Below, piece after piece: positions 39,665-54,446 of a stretch of 64,000 bases of DNA. The number at the start of each line of letters is the position of its first letter. The first letter of the stretch is position 1. A model generated the notes under the pieces. It was not told the DNA's origin and made no database searches. It worked only from the letters and a program-made list of their open reading frames with translations. The position numbers were made by a program, and so were the translations under genes. This DNA comes from Octopus sinensis. Its lineage: Eukaryota. The DNA is taken from contig NC_043010.1 in the NCBI RefSeq assembly GCF_006345805.1, positions 1,922,001 through 1,986,000 of the forward strand, in the 5' to 3' direction.

Positions 39665-40989
39665 CCTTTCTACTATAGGCAAAAGGCTTGAAATTTTGGG
39701 GGAAGGGATGAGTCGATTACATTGACCCTAGTGTTTCCCTGGTACTTAATTTATTGACTCCGAAAGAATGAAAGGCAAAGTCGACCTTGGCAACATTTGA
39801 ACTCAGAGCATAAAGACAGACGAAATGCCACTAAGCATTTCGCTTGGTGTGATAATGTTTCTGCCAGTTTGCTAACTATAATAATAATAATAATATTAAT
39901 AATAATAAAATGACTATAATAATAATAATGAAATAAGTTAAAAACAATAATAATATTAACAATACCAAACTGAAATTTAAAAAACCATGTACAGAGATTG
40001 ATTTAGTTATAGTTTTTCTCTGTTATTCCCTACCTTTTTGACCTCACCAAATTATAAGAGGAAAAAAGAAACTCTACATCTGCAAACAATGGAAGATTAA
40101 AGGACAAACCTAACAAGCAGAGAAGCAAACAAGCAAGTAAAAATAATAATGAATAGACAAAAACAAATAGTTGCTAAAAACAAAGAAGAGGAACAACATG
40201 GATAAATAAATACAAAATGTAAAAACAAAAATTAAATATCTAAAAAAAAATAATTTAAGCTTTCTTCTTTAAGGAGACATTCTTGCAGAAGTTTAGAATC
40301 AAATAATTAAAAATTAAAAGAACATATATATGTAATAAACGAGGGAATGAACTATCAAAATAATTTTTGAAAACAATGGGAGAAAAAAAAAAAAAGTAAC
40401 TAATTTAGAAAAATCTTGAAAAGGTAGAAAAGAATGAATTAATTAGCATCTTTTTTTTTTGTTCTGTTTTACCTCTGAAAATATAATTTGTTTGTTTGGT
40501 TTCCTTTTTTTTTGCTTCACGTGTGTGTGTATACATATATATACATATATACACACACATGCATGCACTTATACACACACACACAACATAAATATTCCTT
40601 ATTAAATCCTTTGGTTCCTTCAGATGGTTGGCACTTCCTTTCGTTCACATTGTCTTTTGCCACATTGAGACAGAAGATATCCACCCTTTCCTCACTTACA
40701 CAAATACAAAATTTTTTGATAAAAATGTTGTAATCCTGTGAATAATATCAAATTAATATTTTCATATATTTGGTGAAATTGGTTTTACAGGGAATGTCCA
40801 ATAAGCCTGAAATATATCCACACTTGTCTCCCGTACTTGTTTAAAACAACATCAGTCATTAGACAAACGTTAGCTTTTCTTCACTATCTGTGTATGTAGT
40901 CTTAGCATATTTTCAATGCTAACTGTATTATACTATCACTAATCTTATTGTCTTCAAATGTCATGCTTGCAGGTCATCAGTGATCATGG

Positions 40990-42300
40990 ATCTTCAAGTC
41001 ATCCTGTCCCACATACAGCATTCTATTGGGCAAGCCTTTATGAATCTAGCTGGTAAGACCATTCACTCTCTCTCTCTCTCTCAGCTGCTTTTTCTTTTTG
41101 CTGGTTGTCACCAAGTACTTGACTGCTTTTAGTTTCATGTGATGTCCAATGGACAGAGCCTGTTGACTTTTTGCACCCTTGAAATATTTGCAGATAGTCT
41201 TTGCTTGTCAAAAGACTTTGAAGTTGGTCATTCTGTTTGCATAGGGCATCATCAGTATTCACCTAAGGAACCAGATCCCTGAATATATAAGGATATGTTC
41301 TATCTCCCCCCAAGATCTCTCTTCCTCACTGTTCCTGATAGTCTCTTATTTGATAAAATATCTTTGTTCTCATTATAAACAGCTTTGGCATGTTCAATCC
41401 TTGACATAATTTCTTCAATGAATAGTTTCCAAATATTTAAAATTACAGACTTGTTTCAAGGTAGTTTGCTGTATTAACCTTTTTTGATACTAACCTGCAT
41501 GAGGCAGCCCTTGATTGTACGATACAAACTTAACATTTTAAAGAGATTTAAATTTATAAAAACAAACAAAACAAAAACCTTCCATCAAATTTTATGTCAT
41601 GTTCCAAAAACTAGATTATAAATTAACTGAAACGAAGGCAGTGTATTTTAATAGAAACATAGCAATGAAAAGATTGTTATATTGCAAGCTGGTAATATTT
41701 TCCTTGACATTAAGTTGGCAAGCTGACAGAATTGTTAGCACACCGGGCAGAATGCCTAAGTGACATTTCATCTGTCTTTGCATTCTGATTTCAAATTCCG
41801 CTGAGGTCCACTTTGCTTTCCATCCTTTCAAGGTCGATAAAATAAGTACCAGTTGAGCACTGGAGTTGATGTAATCAACTAATCTGCTTCCCCGAGCTTT
41901 CTGGCCTTGTACCAAAACTTGAAACCAATACTCTCTTTGAGATTGTCATTATCTCTTTCTTCTCTTGAGACCTGAACCCATCTTTCCACTCTCATCATTA
42001 ATTCTATTAACAAATGTTTGTAGATCTTACTCTGTTGTTACTATGAAGACTGTCATCTGCATAATGAATATTGTTAGTGGTTTGTCTGTATACATGGTGG
42101 GTGGATGTCAATCAATCTCATAATTATTTCACTATGATCAGTAATTTGCTGTGTTCAATAAAACCCATCCACCACAGCAAAAAGTGATGCCCCAAACCAT
42201 TCTGTTTATGCTTATGATCCATTCTACACCATCAAGTATTCTCCATTTCCCATTCTGTTAACACCTGGTCCTCCATCACTCCTTTATATTCTTTTATTCT
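40990..42300 (-). mobile_element. Decayed RTE-clade LINE interrupted by a family B SINE
   Basis: NIHYADDS (YADD at 42052-42063), LKQVCNFKYLETI, EEIMSRIEHAKA...ILSNKRLS in order on the minus strand with many stops. Confidence 0.7.
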
Positions 42301-43012
42301 TTTCAGGCATTTGACTGCGGCCATGCTGGAGCACCGCCTTTAGTCGAGTAAATCGACCTCAGGACTTCGAAAGCCTAGTACTTATTCTATCGGTCTCTCT
42401 TGCCGAACTGCTAAGTGACGGGGACGTAAACACACCAGCATCGGTTGTCAAGTGATGTTGAGAGGACAAACACATACACAAACATATACATACATACATA
42501 TATATATATGTATATATATATACAACAAGCTTCTTTCAGTTTCCGTCAACCAAATCCACTCACAAGGCTTTTGTTGGCCCAAGGTTATAGTAAAAGACAC
42601 TTGCCCAAGGTTCCACGCAGTGGGACTGAACCCAGAACGATGTGGTTGGTAAGCAAGCTACTTACCACACAGCCACGAACTACATGACAACTGTAATTAC
42701 TTGAGGGTAGCATTAGCACATTACTCCTTTCCCTTTCTTTGCACTACCATTTACCTCCTCCCCACTATTTCCTTCTTGTATTCTGTCCATTTTCTGTCTT
42801 GAAAAATACTTAGTAATCTCACTAAAGCTGGTAACAGTATGAACAGTAAGGCAATTGGCATTAGGAAGGAAATCCAGCCATAGAAACCATGCCAAAGCTG
42901 ACACTGGAGCTTGGCACAGCCCTGCAGTTTGCTGGATTCTGCTAAACCACCCAACTTTTGCCAGCCTCGAAAAAAGATGTTAACGGATGATGATGATCTG
43001 GTGATCACTAAC

Positions 43013-43078
43013 TTAGCTGTTGTTTCCATGAAGATGGCGTCTCAGAGCAGCATAAAGCCAAACTGTAATGTTGATTAC
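43013..43078 (-). CDS. Candidate 66-nt exon (phase 1-1) (G)NQHYSLALCCSETPSSWKQQL
   Basis: Strong acceptor ttaattctgcattgttttag, donor GTTAGT. Unrecognised. Confidence 0.25.
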   Translation of the reverse strand, partial: VINITVWLYAALRRHLHGNNS

Positions 43079-44574
43079 CTAAAACAATGCAGAATTAAAA
43101 GTAGTCTGCAAAACAGGAATTAAATTTTAAAATTAAAAAAATGTTTGTTTTAAATTACAATGGAGTCAATTCTAATAGCTAAATAAAAACGAAATCTTGA
43201 ATAGATTAATTAATCAAAATTTTATATTATTTTTGAAATGTTTTTGTTTTCATTTTTTTTTTAAATATTTGCAAAAGAATAATTTAGTTGATGAAGATGG
43301 ATGATACATTTTTATGAGTCAATAGAGTGGTTGTTTCTATTGAAGAAGAAGTGAATGAAAGAATGTCTCATATTGATGTGTATTCTTGCTTCAGCCTTGT
43401 TCCAGCAGACCAGTTGCTGCATTTAAGTAGCCATGCTTGTTTTGTATGCTTACCATGTTTAAAAAAAAAAAAATTGCCTATTCTTTCATTGGTTACGGTC
43501 GTTGGGCTGCAGTCATTCCAGAGGTCTGTCTTGAGGCAGTTTTAATCAACCATATCAACATCTGCACTCATTTTTAAGTGAAGTACTTATCTTACTTTAT
43601 TTGCTGCAAGACATAAGCAAAACCAAATACACACACACACATACAGATGTATGTGCAAAGGCATGGTTGTATGGTTAGGAGGGTTGCCTACCAACCAAAT
43701 GATTTCAGGTTCAGTCCACTGAATGACATCATGGGTACCATAAATATAAACTAAAAAAAACCTGTTGTTTTATATGTGCATGTGTGTGGTTGTGTCCCCT
43801 TGTCTTATAAGTAGCGTTACTCCTTCCCAATATTCTTTTTCTTTCCTCTACTCAAGGCACAAGGACTGAAATTTTGGGGGAGGGGGCCAGTCGATTAGAT
43901 TGATGTCGGTACACAATTGGTAATTAATTTATCCACCCCGGAATGATGAACAACAAAATCAACCTCGGCGGAATTTGAACTCATAACGTAAAGTCAGATG
44001 AAATACCTATTTCTTTACTGCCCACAAGGGGCTACACACAGAGAAGACAAACAAGGACAGACAAATGGATTAAGTCGATTATATCGACCCCAGTGCATAA
44101 CTGGTACTTATTTAATCAACTCCGAAAGGATGAAAGGCAAAGTCGACCTTGGCGGAATTTGAACTCAGAACGTAGCGGCAGACGAAATACCGCTAAGCAT
44201 TTCACCTGATGTGCTAATGTTTCTGCCACCTCACCACCTTACGCCTTACCAATATTCTGTGAGGACAATATCTGGTCATGGGGAAATATTACCTTGCTTG
44301 TAAACAGGTGATGGTTGGTGACAGGAAGAACATATGGCTATAGAAAATCTGTTTCAATAAAAACTGTCCAACCTATGTAAACAAGGAAAAGTGGATGTTG
44401 AACCTACCATGATATAAACACACATGCACACACACACACACACAGGGCTTTTATTTAGATTTCATCTACCAATTTCATAGACATTTAATAATGATGGAAA
44501 GTTTATAGTTTAAATATGAACGTTGTAAAACAGGCAGTTTTGCATCACAGAGTTGGCTTGGCATTGAGTTAGAC

Positions 44575-44863
44575 CAGTGGTTCTCAAACTTTTTCAGAGT
44601 GCCACCCCCTTGACACCCAGGTCATATTCCCAGCAACCCCACCCCAACTGACCATCTCAACCATAGACCTCTTTCTAAAGCAAATTCAAAGCAAATGTAT
44701 TTCACAAAAAACTTAACTGAATGAACCCATTAATTTGTTTGTTTTTACGTGAATCGCTACTCTGTTATTGCCCCACTTTTTACATGAATCACCACCTCAT
44801 TATCACCCAACTTTTTTTTAATGCCCCCTTGGAATTTTCCACTGCCCACTTTGGGAATCACTG
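44575..44863. mobile_element. hAT (Charlie-like) MITE
   Basis: TIRs cagtggttctcaaa / tttgggaatcactg (12/14); 8-bp TSD-like agttagac / gattagac. Confidence 0.75.
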
Positions 44864-46618
44864 GATTAGACAGTTATCAAAAGAGTTAAATAGACATTGA
44901 TAAAAGTCTGAAAAAGAAAGGTAGCATATTATGTGTTTACTACATCTTCTACTATAGCCTCGGCCGGCCAAAGCCTTGTAAATGGATTTGGTAGACGGAA
45001 ACTGAAAGAAGCATGTCGTAGATATGTATATATATGTATGTATGTGTGTGTGTATATATGTTTGTGTGTCGGTGTTTGTCCCACCCAACATCGCTTGACA
45101 ACCAATGCTGGTGTGTTTACGTCCCTGTAACTTAGCGGTTCGCCAAAAGAGACCGATAAAATAATTACTAGGCTTACAAAGAATAAGTCCTGGGGTTGAT
45201 TTGCTTGACTAAAAGGCGGTGCTCCAGCATGGCCACTGTCAAATGACAAACGAGTAAAAGAGAGTGATAAAGTAAACCCTTTATTTATATTTTAGGTGCA
45301 AGTATGGCTGTTTGATTACAAAGCCTTCGTTGCAGTTATGTGTTTTCAGGTTCAGTCCTACTGCACAGCACTTTGGGCAGCTGTCTTCTACTTAAAGTAG
45401 AAACCATCAAATACCATTTGAGAGAATTTGGTAGACAGAAACTGAGAAGGAAACCATTGTGAATGAGTGTGTGTGTGTGTGGTGGACAGTATATGTCTAT
45501 ATGTCTGTGTTTGGCCCACTCCACAATTGACAGCCTGTGCTGGTTTGTTTACATCGCTGTAACTGAGTGGCTTGACAAAAAGTGACTGATGGAAAAAGTC
45601 CTGGGGTTGGTTTGTTTGTTTAAATCCCTGCAAGGCTTTGCTCAGGTATGGTCGGAGCAAATAAGAGACATGCATATTAATAGTCCTTCACATAAAACAG
45701 TGAGCCAACAAAAATATCTCTTATATATTTTGTTTTAGATTGTTTTTTTTTTAATGTTTTTGTATTTTTGTTTAGTGTGGTGGGTCAGGCCGTAACTCTC
45801 AGATCTGTGAGAATGATGCTATTAACATTTTGCTAGAAAAAAACATTATTGTAAATGGACAAATGCACAAACACACACACAAACTTGGATATATATACAC
45901 ATATATATATATATATATACACATACATGCATACACATACATATATATGCACACACACATATGCACACACACACACATATATACACAGCAATTACTGCAA
46001 AGAATTTGTCTGATGCGCTAATGTTTCATACAATTGATTGCCTTATACACAACAATACTGAAAATGCACTGTAGTTAGAGCTGCTTTGATGGCTCAGCCA
46101 TTAAGGGTTAAGTACATCAACAGTATATATATATATATATGTATATATATGCCAGCATACAACAGACCTGTAATGTGATACAAACAGACACTTTAACCAT
46201 TTAGTCAGCAGGTCAACATCATAATTGCCACACCAGTTGAGAATCATTTATGAATGAACGAAAAGGGGTTAAAAACGTATAAATGAATAAAGAATATGAT
46301 AAGTGAATAAATAAATAAATGAATGAATAAATAAATAATTAAATAAATAGAGTAATGAAAGATAAATATAAAACAAAACTAGAGAAATGATTTATGAATG
46401 AATAAAAAAAAAACATTAAAAAATGGCACAAGAACACTGCTAAGCACATGAGATGAATTTTGATTAATTGTCATCTTGGCTTTTTTTTCTCTCTCTCTCC
46501 TTTCTGTCCTCTTCATATTAGAGACATTACTATTTTGGTCACATCCTGCATTTATTCACATATGCCAATAATACATACAACCACATAAACACATACACAG
46601 GTGTTCATACATATTCAC

Positions 46619-46651
<33 letters not shown>

Positions 46652-47178
46652 ATATATATAAGTACTCACACACATGCACATATACAGAGGAATTTACAGA
46701 TATATACAAGAATTCTGTTTATGCATGTATAACATGTGAATGTGTGTGAGTGTGAGTGTGTGTGTGTGCATGTTTGTGAAAATTGATGTTTTTTAAAATT
46801 CATAAATTGTCCAGCATTTTAACAGACTTTCTTTGAGTAAACAGCAATTGGGAACAAACCAGCTTTTGTGAAAAATTAATATATTTGTGTGTGTGTGTGT
46901 GTGTATACATATATATATATATATGTGTGTGTGTGCATGTGTGTGTGTACTATTTTTATTCTTTTTCCTTTCACTTGTTCCAGTCATTTGACTGTGGCCA
47001 TACTGTAGCACTGCCTTTAAGGGGGTTAGTCAAAGAAATCAACCCCAGGATTTATTCTTTGTAAGACTAGCACTTATTCTATTAGTCTCTTTTGCCAAAC
47101 CACTAAGTTACGGGTACATAGACATACCAGTATCACTTGTCAAGTGATGGTGGGGGACAAACACAAATACACACACAA

Positions 47179-47230
<52 letters not shown>

Positions 47231-47837
47231 GACAGGCTTCTTCCAGTTTCTGTCTACCAAATCCACTCACAAGGCTTTGGTCAGTCTGAGGCTACAGTAG
47301 AAGACACTTGCCCAAGTTTCCACAGAGTGGGACTGAACTTGGAACCATGTAGCTGGAAAGCAAGCTTCTTACCACACAGTGATTCAAATTAAAACCAATT
47401 GCAGTGATTTGGTGGGGATTTAGCTATTATTTCTAGAATGTGAAGCAATGACATATAGGTTTTCTCATTCGTTTTAGATACCACAATGGTTCATAATATA
47501 AGCAAGACTTGACATCTGATTGCATATTGAGAGGGACGTAGATTTTGTTTCATTTCTTGACATTTTCCTTTGTAATGAGGGCATGAATTACCTTTTAATA
47601 TACATAAGGAGTAAGATATATATATTAAATGCAACTATGTTGAGTTCTTCTTTTGTTTACACCTATTATATATGTGTGTGTGTACAGGAATGGTTGTGTG
47701 GTAAAAAAAAGCTTGGGTTCATTCCCATCGTCCAACTGCACAGCAACTTGGGCAAGTGTCTTTTATTGTAGCTCCAGGTTGACAAAAACCTTATGAATGG
47801 ATTTGAAAGACAGACTGAGAGAAGCCTATTATGTATA

Positions 47838-47897
<60 letters not shown>

Positions 47898-48944
47898 CAT
47901 GCCTTCACACACACACACAGTTACTGTTACCAAGGAGAATCAGAATCATGTTTCTTTCACATGCTCCTTTATATATATATATATATATATATATATGTTT
48001 GTATGTATATATGAATGTGAATGTATGTCTTTATACAAGAGCATGTACATGCAATTAACGACACTACTATGTTTGAGCATTAATGTATAATAAATTACAA
48101 ACAAGCACATAATTCTTTTTTTTAATTATTTTTAATTTCTCTCATTAACAGCAACGTTTCTTGCCTGCAAGCCTGTGTGAATAAATGACTAAAGACCAAT
48201 GCAATATAAAGAACCAAAATGTAATTCAACTCCATTGTGTAAGTTTGCGAGGCCCCATAAGCTAATGAATAAATATCAATGAAGCAGTGTAATATTCTAG
48301 ACTAAATTCATTTGTAAACATTAAATCTGCCAACTTAGTAAATATAATAATTGTGTTGGACATAACAATACGACTCTGTCCTTCGGGATAAATGTGCACC
48401 TGCAACAGCGGTAGCAACAGTAATAGCAGCAGATGCAACTTGAAAACCTGTACAAGATGATGTAAAAGAATGTAAAGAGGAAAGCTGCATATTGGCTTTA
48501 AATATTTCTGATGGAAGGAAGACACAACTGGAATAATTTCCAAAAGATGATGAGAAAATAAAAGCAAACATTTATAGATGTAATATGCATGCACCAACTC
48601 ACAAATGCCTTATTACATGTATATATGTGTTATAAGCATGTATTTTCCATATACACATATGCACACACACATACTTATGAACGTATGTGTGTGCATGTAT
48701 ATGTATATATATATGTATATATATATACACACACATACACATACTTATGAACATATGTGTGTGCATGTATATGTATATATATATATATGTATGTATGTAT
48801 ATATATATATACATACATATATATATATATATACATACATATATATACATAAATATATGAGGAGAAGTTTCAGTTATCATATATATATAATACATACATA
48901 TATGTACATACCTACATATATATGTATATATACATGCATATATG

Positions 48945-49290
48945 GGTACAGGACATAAAAAAAACGTAGACAAAATGAGAAATGAGAACATAAAAAACAA
49001 AAACAGAAAATGAACTTTTTACGGACAACGAAAGAAACAAACAGAGAAATGATACAGGCAACATAAAGAACATTCCCTTCATCAGTTATCCCCTGTTTTA
49101 TCTACTCCGTATTTCGAAGGTAAGGACAAGACACAACTTTGTTAAAATAGTCCTTCCTGCAAAGCAAATTAAATAAAATTTGGGATTTTTTGCGGAGGGT
49201 TAAAGTGGTAACAAAAACAGGACAGTACATATAAGCATGTATTTATATATTATTTATATTATTATACGATCGAAAACCATGCATCCATTT
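48945..49290 (-). mobile_element. Unclassified insert within (TA)n, possibly Penelope-related
   Basis: Unique ~340-bp block bounded by AT microsatellite. Contains CTGATGA and CGAAA on the minus strand but not in a foldable order. Confidence 0.35.
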
Positions 49291-50736
49291 CCAAGTATAT
49301 ATATGCATGTGCACACTTACCAAATTCACTTACAAGATCAACCAAAGTCTCGTTAGTGGATTTGGTGGACAGAAACCGAAAAATGTTTGTGTGTGTGTTT
49401 ACTTGTCTTGACTTTACATGATTGTTGTAAATAAATGTTATATCTTTCAAGTATTCAGTGCAAACTTGTGTGGCCATAGGGAAATATTTCCTTGCTTGGA
49501 AACAGGTAAAGATTGATGACAGGAAAGATATCAGGCTATAGAAAATCTGCATCAATAGACTCTATCTGACCTATGCAAGCATTGAAAAGTGGATGTTATA
49601 ATGCATGATGTTTCTACTGCTAATGTATGTGTATGTGTGTGCATGAAGGTGGATGACAATATGGAATGGATACTTGAAAAAAGGGGCCTGAAATATGTTG
49701 GACTTAGGGAATCATACAAAGCATGGAGATGGTACCATAACTGCCTCCACTAGAGGTGTGATTTCATAAATTTCATATCTAATTACAATCTCAGCCCAAC
49801 TTAGCTGACATAGGACTTAGAAAGAATAGCTGTTTAAACTGGTGAAGGAAACAAAGACTGCTTCATAAAGGATATTGCAAAATGATGTGAGAGGCAAAAA
49901 ATCCAAATCTGAGAGCAAATCTTCAGCTATTAGTAAAAAAAAAAAGAAATAGTTAGATGATACTGCAGGAATAATAGAGGGGAAGTAGTATACTAAAGTA
50001 TGAGTCAAAAGAACTAAAACACTCCAGTATAGAATCAATGCTTTTCTTCACTTGGTGGTGGGGACTGTCAGGAGGTACTAAAATCATTGTGATATTCAAC
50101 TGAATGCTGATGAAGGGATGTTCTCACAATACAAGTCGTATGTAAGCCACTAAATAACAGGAAAGCTTGGTGGATGCTTTGGGAAAAAAATGAGATTTTT
50201 AGAAACACCATCATATGAAAATGGATTGTGATGCTAAGCAGTAGCATGCATCAATAATGTCTCAACACTCAACGTTTTTCTAATACCATCAAAAGAAAAA
50301 TAGGGTTGTCCAAAGCCAAGGATATCAAAGCACAGGCATTGTAAGGATATTCGTGCAGTTCAATAGAATATCTTTAAAATAATGATCAATATTTAGAAAA
50401 GTAAACATGTTCATCTTAATTGTTTGTGAATTGTGTTAAGATTTGGGAAGACTGTGACCAACCCAATGAAGAAATATGCAAGCTAGTTTCAGACAAAGAA
50501 AGTTCAGTTACTAAAAATTAATATTGACAAAACTCTTAAGGTAACCTCAGCCAAAGTCAATGGAATCTTCCAGTCCCTACTGAATGAAAAGACAGAAGAT
50601 ATCCCATGTTTATCAATATCAGAGAATGCATGTAAGAAAACACCAAGAAAGTAAAATTCTCACAAATCCTATATCTAAAACACCCTTTTAAGTTCACATA
50701 AATCTTACTTCATCAAATCAGACAGGGTATTTTACA

Positions 50737-51590
50737 GACCCTTATGAAGATTTCTGTCTACATCCAATGAGCAACGAGTTGCTTCCACCTGAGTCTAACA
50801 TTAAGTTCGACTTTTCAGCTATTAAGGGAAAAGCAGCTGGGATGTTTCTAAAGAAAAAAGAAAAATTCTCGAGCAATGATGATGTCTCATACAAAATATA
50901 TAATCACTGTTCTGGTGTTTACAGTATGTTGGTAGGCCTAGTATTGTGGATGTGGGTGGGAGTACAATGAAAAACTATTGCCTGACTGTGAACCAGTATT
51001 ATACCCTCTCCTTCTAAAGAGAGGGCACAATCAATCATTTCCATTCTGATAGTTGAATGAAAAGTGTTTTATAGATTGCCATTAAAAAAAAATGTCACTG
51101 TTTCTAGTACTGAATGAGCTCATAGATATCTCAGTTGAGAAAGCCTTGATCTTCAAATTCTTATGATGCCTTAAATAAGCTCTGATGATCTGAAGCTTTT
51201 GTTGGGCTAAGAAGAGAAGAAAGAACCTTCAGCTCGTCTGTCTTGACCTGGCGAATACACATCAACCGTTTCCCAATGTGTTGCTACACAAACATTTATT
51301 GTTTTATTTTTAAACATTCTAAGATGTTTAGGGAAACTTCCAAAGCAGTACTTTGGGTCTGGTAGGTTTGACTTGTATGCCAGGAAATGGTGTGTGTGTG
51401 TGTGTGTGTAATTTGATTGTAATCCAGAATATAGTATATATTCTGGATTACAATCAAATTTTTCAGACCCAAATTTCTGGTCCCCAAAAGTTAAGTTGGC
51501 TGATATACATTGAGACAATTTTGAAGGACCAAACATTTCATGTGAAATACAGCAGGATTTGGAAAGATAGCGATGATGACATACTTCACT
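50737..51590 (+). mobile_element. HERO-like (REL-type) non-LTR RT remnant
   Basis: FDFSAIK...SYKIYNHC, ISILIVE*KVF, NELIDISVEKA...CLK*ALMI*...AKKRRKNLQLVCLDLAN (DLAN at 51245-51256) follow the order of RT motifs in R2-group elements. Confidence 0.6.
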
Positions 51591-54446
51591 GATTTCTATG
51601 CTTGAAAATGTATTATATATATATATATACACACACAGGAGTGGCTGTGTGGTAAGTAGCTTGCTTACCAACCACATGATTCCGGGTTCAGTCTCGGGCC
51701 GACCAAAGCCTTGTGAGTGGATTTGGTAGACGGAAACTGGAAGAAACCTGTCGTATATATGTATATATATGCATGTGTGTGTTTGTGTGTCTGTGTTTGT
51801 CCCCCTAGAATTGCTTGACAACCGATGCTGGTGTGTTTACGTCGCCGTCACTTAGCAGTTCGGCAAAAGAGACCGATAGAATAAGTACTGGGCTTACAAA
51901 AAGAATAAGTCCTGGGGTCGGTTTGCTCGACTAAAAGCGGTACTCCAGCATGGCCACAGTCAAATGACTGAAACAAGTAAAAGAGAGAGTAAATACATAC
52001 ATTGTTCAATAAGTCCTTCCATTTTTATGAATGTAGTGCTTGATTTATGAGAGATTTGGCTATAATTTCTTGCAAGTCAAGTGACTAAGAATGGCTCCAC
52101 TGTTGAATCATGTCAGGGTGGTTGACCAATTATATGAAGATTTTAGCATGATGCAGGAATTACATTTTATGGTTTATAAAAGAATCCATAACAGAACCAC
52201 AGGAACTTGGCATTATTTCTGTGCATTACACTAAAAATGTTTGACATGCAGCTTGAATACCATTCTTAGGTTCATTGTTTCTGTTGAACAACAATTCATA
52301 GAATTTGTTGCTTTTAGGAAATATTTATTGATTAGAATGAGGAATTCACTTGCTATAATGTAAGCCTTGGCTTTTTTTTTTTTATCAATGTTGAATAATG
52401 AACCATATCGCAACCATGCAATAACAGCACACACAATGTTTAGCTGCTTACTTTGTATATATACTTTGTATATATTTCCCAATTCCTCTACAATTCAATC
52501 TGTTATTAATTGTTGTTAAAGGCTTAAGTGATAAGTAACTGCATCAGTCTTACACAGGCACATGTATTTTGATTTGAAGCAGAGGCCAGTGCTTTTAACA
52601 GCTGAAGCATTTACTGGAAACATGCCATGTTTATTGGTTATGTCTTTTTTTAATAGTAAATTATGCCAGAGGAGCTTTATAGCTGGATTTCAGTTAAGCT
52701 AGTAAATGTATACATGTTTGTATTGCTTGCTTACTAATGTCTCATGAGGGAATTTGGTAGATGGAAAATGTGGGGAAGTCCATGGTGTGTACGTATGCAT
52801 GCTGGTGCCATGTAAAAAGCACTGGTGCTGGTGCCACATAAAATGCACATGAAATGCAGTCAGTACACTCTGTAAACGGTTTGGCATTAGAAAGGACATC
52901 CATTTGTAGAAACCATGTCAAAACAGACAATGGAACCTGATGTGGTTCCTGGCTTGTACCAGGCTTTAAAATAAGTACTGGAGTTGATTTGTTTTGAGTA
53001 AACTCTTCAAGGCTGCACTCCAGTATGGCCACAGTCCAAAGATTGAAGCAAGTAAGAGATAAAAGATAGCAAGAGAAAGCATAAAGACAGCATAAATTGA
53101 GTTTATCTTCAATTTAATTGTTTTACAGTAATTTGCATAAAGTTGCTGTATTAGAAATCATTAAATTTTATTAATTTCGACTCATATTGTTCATTACTGA
53201 CTAATTTTTATTTGTATTGTCTGAGTTGAAATTTGAATATGGAAGAAATATAATTGCAGGTGTAGCTGTGTGATAAGAAGTTTTCTTCCCAATAATAACA
53301 TGGCTTCAAGTTCAGTCCCACTGCAAAGCATCTTCTACTGTAGCTCCAGGTTGACCAAAGCTATGTAGTAGACTTGGTAGATGGAAACTGAAAGAAGCCT
53401 CTTATATATGTGCATGTGTTGCCTTGACTTCATGTGACATTAGCATGCCGGGCAAAATGCTTAGCGGTATTTTGTCTGTCTTTATGTTCTGAGTTCAAAT
53501 TCCACCAAGGTCGACTTTGCCTTTCATCTTTTTGGAGTTGATTAAATAAGTACCAGTTATGCACTGGTGTCAATGTAATTGACTTTATCCCTTTGTCTGT
53601 CCTTGTTTGACCCCTCTATGTTTATCTCCCTGTGGGCAATAAAGAAATAAATATAAATAGGTGTCACCATTATGGAAGTAGTGTCCTTCACTTCCAATCA
53701 TCATCATCATCATCATTTAACGTCCACTTTCCATGCTGGCATGGGTTAGACGGTTCAACTGGGGTCTGGGAAGCCAGGAGGCTGCACCAGGCCCAGTCTG
53801 ATCTGGCAGTGTTTCTACAGCTTGGTGCCCTTCCTAACACCAATCACTCCGTGAGTGTAGTGGGTGATTTTTACGTGCCACCAGCACAGGTGCCAGGCGA
53901 GGCTGGCAACAGCCATGATTGGTTGGTGCTTTTTACATGCCACCGGCACGGAGGCCAGTCGGGGCAGCACTGGCAACGGCCACGTTCGGATGGTTCTCTT
54001 ATGTGCCACCGGCACTAGTATCACAACTACAGTTTCCATTGATTTTGATCGATCTTCATGAAAAAGTGTTTGATCATGGAGAAATATTACCTTGCTTGAC
54101 AACAAGTATAGGTTGCTGGTAGGGAAAGGCAGTAGAAAATCTACCTCAACAAATTCCATCTGACACATGTGAACATGGAGAAATGGACATTAGTTTGATG
54201 CTGAGGAAGGAATGTTCACTGTTTGGACTTATTTATTCTTACTGATGATACTATTTATACTGATTTATTCTTACTGATGATACTAAAATCTCTGATTCCC
54301 CCCACCCCAATATAAAAAGACATGATGGTTGCAGTTGTAATGTTCATTCATACCAATAACTTAATTCTGATTTCTCCCTAACCTGACAATTGAAATCTGA
54401 ATATTTTAGCATATGCATAAGGAACAAACTGGATTGGAACTGTTTT

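Noticed and set aside
49070-49130. Type II hammerhead (CGAAA...CTGATGA on minus strand)
   Set aside because: Stem III lacks the required U16.1 and stem II is weak.
51322-51592. Apparent two-exon plus-strand gene with good splice sites
   Set aside because: It lies within the HERO-like RT remnant, and the apparent intron is a (GT)n plus palindrome insertion.
53632-54168. Overlapping 65-128-aa ORFs, also at 63506-63994
   Set aside because: Translations of SINE family C copies.
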